Assembly (NCBI GenBank): GCA_900552265.1
Contig: URZE01000003.1
Location: 23,336-87,335 of the forward strand
Direction of reading: 5' to 3'
DNA length: 64,000 nucleotides
Source: an uncultured Oscillospiraceae bacterium
GTDB taxonomy: Bacteria; Bacillota; Clostridia; Oscillospirales; Acutalibacteraceae
Shown here: in pieces, positions 62,097 to 64,000 of the stretch
Layout: each line of letters starts with the position of its first letter
Numbering within the stretch: the first letter of the stretch is position 1
Translations under genes and position numbers: made by a program
Notes under the pieces: generated by a model
Databases searched by the model: none
Told to the model about the DNA's origin: nothing
Seen by the model: only the letters and a program-made list of their open reading frames with translations

Positions 62097-62688
62097 AATT
62101 TCTCTCTCTTTTTATTTCTTTTATATATTTGTCATTTAAAAGTATATCCACATGTTTGTCGAATTTCCCATGAGGAAGTTGCGGAATTATGCAATTACTG
62201 TAACAAATTCCGAGAGTAATTCCTCCGAAATTTTGCAAAAATCTGTCATAATACCCGTACCCGTAACCAAGTCTGTACCCTTTATAATCAAAGCAAAAAC
62301 CCGGTACAACGCACAAACCTTGCGAAAAATTCGTTACAAGCTCACATTTATCACGTATCGGTTCCAAAAGCCCAAACGTAGCTTTTTCCAAATCATCAAA
62401 AGAATTTATAAAGTAAAAATTCATACTCCTGTTTTCACTGTTACATGCCGGTACGGCAACTTTTTTTCCGTCTTTCCAACATTTTTCAATAAAGTGGAAC
62501 GTATTCACTTCTATCTCTTTTGATACATAAGTAAATACCGTTTTATTATTTCGATAAGCGTTTAGTATGGTAATTTTGTTGAGTATTTTTTCATCCATTT
62601 CCGCTTTTTTATCTTTATCCATTTTTTCTCGAATAAGACGATATTTTTGTCTCAATTTCATTTTATATAATTTGATATTCCTAATCAT
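62065..62688 (-). CDS. 5-formyltetrahydrofolate cyclo-ligase
   Basis: MTHFS family motifs (…VAVP…; GYGYGYYDRFL). Overlaps mltG by 32 nt. True start may be the internal Met at 62661. Confidence 0.8.
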   Translation of the reverse strand: MIRNIKLYKMKLRQKYRLIREKMDKDKKAEMDEKILNKITILNAYRNNKTVFTYVSKEIEVNTFHFIEKCWKDGKKVAVPACNSENRSMNFYFINSFDDLEKATFGLLEPIRDKCELVTNFSQGLCVVPGFCFDYKGYRLGYGYGYYDRFLQNFGGITLGICYSNCIIPQLPHGKFDKHVDILLNDKYIKEIKRERNYEISKKRKHR

Positions 62689-62710
62689 AAAAATTTTCCT
62701 CTGTATGTTC

Positions 62711-63595
62711 TTAATCTAATGCCAGTCCCAAATAAGCAGGTTTTTTCAAATTCTTTATTATGTCTTTGGTATCTCTCCTCAGAGGCTTTATCATACCATA
62801 GAATTTATCGGATTTGCAACGGTTAAAATAGGTGTTTGCGGGATTGGTTTTTATTATAAATCTTTTGTAATTCGGAAATTTAAGAAGTATTTCAGACACA
62901 AGTTCCGGTACGTTGAAATCAGCGCACGTAAAATCTTTTATCTCCAAAACAGAGTCGGTAACCGGAACGCATATTGCGTATCCTCTTTTTGAAAAGACTG
63001 CCTCTCCTCCGAATTTTTTATATAGATTAAAAGCATAATCAATATCTTTTTGCGTGTATATCATTCCGTTGAAATCCTTGTAAGCACAATATCTTAATTC
63101 TTCCACGGAATATTTTAAAATATTACAGTCCATTTGATATAGAACTTTACTTTTGGATATTTCCTTCATTGTTTTCTTTGTTAAAAATACTGTCTTGGTC
63201 TTAAAAAAATTTCTGTATCCCAAATGTCCGTAAAACCCTTCCAGTTTTTTATTTTCGGGTACCAAAACCGTAAAATCTGCTCCTCGAACTTTAAGTACTG
63301 CTTCGGTATATTTCAAAAGCTTACTCATATACCCTCGACTTCTAAATTGGGGCAGAGTACATGCTCCGTATACATAGTATGAACGGTAAAACGATCCTGA
63401 AACAGCAAGTGTTTGAGGCAAAGCATGAAGTACTGCTGCTACGACACCGTCTTTTACACAAACAAAACAATTTTCTTTATTGAACTTATTTTCAAAGAAA
63501 AATTGCACTGTTTCCACAGGTTCATTAAAACATTCACACATTGCCGAAATCAACTCTGATTTCATTTTTTCATTGGCATTCTTAAAAAATATCAT
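62711..63595 (-). CDS. GNAT-family acetyltransferase domain protein
   Basis: Central GNAT motif (…RSRGYMSKLLKYTEAVLKVRGADFTVLV…GFYGHLGY). Probable ATG at 63595. Confidence 0.55.
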   Translation of the reverse strand: MIFFKNANEKMKSELISAMCECFNEPVETVQFFFENKFNKENCFVCVKDGVVAAVLHALPQTLAVSGSFYRSYYVYGACTLPQFRSRGYMSKLLKYTEAVLKVRGADFTVLVPENKKLEGFYGHLGYRNFFKTKTVFLTKKTMKEISKSKVLYQMDCNILKYSVEELRYCAYKDFNGMIYTQKDIDYAFNLYKKFGGEAVFSKRGYAICVPVTDSVLEIKDFTCADFNVPELVSEILLKFPNYKRFIIKTNPANTYFNRCKSDKFYGMIKPLRRDTKDIIKNLKKPAYLGLALD

Positions 63596-63989
63596 TCTCA
63601 AAATCCTTTAAAACAGCTTCATACTTGGGAATAAGAAACACAGGTTTATACGAAAGTTTTGATTTTCTAAGTCCGGGAATTCCCATATCTTCTTCTCGAT
63701 TTATAAATTGATACTCTTTAGAAAGTGTTTTTGCAAATTCATTGTTTATGACGCTGTAAGCGCCGTCATACTCAGGAAGAGCTTTTTCAAAATGAACAAG
63801 GAAAATCTTTTCGTTTATTTTTTCTCCGAGTGTACATGCCACAATTTCACCGTTTATCTCTATTTTTCCGCCGGTTAATTTCAACTCTGAATAGTTTTCC
63901 ACTGCTCGTTTTACCGCTTGATATTCCGGGATTTCTCCATAACTTTTTTTCGGACATCTTGTCTTGAACCATTTTTCGAAAAATTTCAT
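63582..63989 (-). CDS. hypothetical protein, possibly 5'-partial (no in-frame stop upstream before the window end)
   Basis: 135 aa from the ATG at 63989. The reading frame stays open to the window edge, so the gene may be N-terminally truncated by the window. Confidence 0.35.
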   Translation of the reverse strand: MKFFEKWFKTRCPKKSYGEIPEYQAVKRAVENYSELKLTGGKIEINGEIVACTLGEKINEKIFLVHFEKALPEYDGAYSVINNEFAKTLSKEYQFINREEDMGIPGLRKSKLSYKPVFLIPKYEAVLKDFENDIF

Positions 63990-64000
63990 ATATTTTTCAG

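Overview
This is a low-GC (~30% G+C) chromosomal segment from an endospore-forming Firmicute, most likely Clostridia-like. Gene density is high. Housekeeping genes present: dnaB (N-terminal part), tdk, secA, gpsA, ftsZ, a pyrH-frr-uppS-cdsA-dxr-rseP-ispG-polC block, tpiA-gpmI, fba, folC, tmcAL, mltG, a class B PBP, a complete V-type ATPase operon, and eight tRNA genes in four loci. Hallmark sporulation genes present: spoIIGA-sigE, spoIIID and spoIIE. Both spoIIG and spoIIE show a TTGACA-22 bp-TATAAT promoter architecture of the Spo0A-activated type.

The most interesting content is a three-gene export operon at 24272-29202: a short HlyD-like adaptor, an ABC transporter carrying an intact C39 double-glycine peptidase domain, and a second ABC transporter whose peptidase-like domain is degenerate. 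This matches the NHLM-type tripartite export architecture. No modification enzymes are recognisable anywhere in the window. At least five candidate substrates are scattered through the window: three precursors with long Nif11-like leaders and two with short classic double-glycine leaders (LSxxELxxIxGG-type). Their cores are unusually long (30-115 aa). Three of the five contain a predicted transmembrane helix. One (60331-60888) carries an 18-aa triple repeat and sits between mltG and a PBP, at an FtsL-like operon position. This looks like a dedicated leader-dependent export system for small proteins, some of them membrane proteins, in a sporulating bacterium, rather than a conventional bacteriocin cluster. 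This is inference and needs homology searches and experiment.

Other observations: a split sigma-like gene pair, a 43-aa ribbon-helix-helix remnant ORF missed by the ORF track, a DTGN-to-DTCN substitution in SpoIIGA, a secreted amidase with degenerate 23-aa C-terminal repeats, and ftsZ lacking an adjacent ftsA and separated from spoIIGA-sigE.
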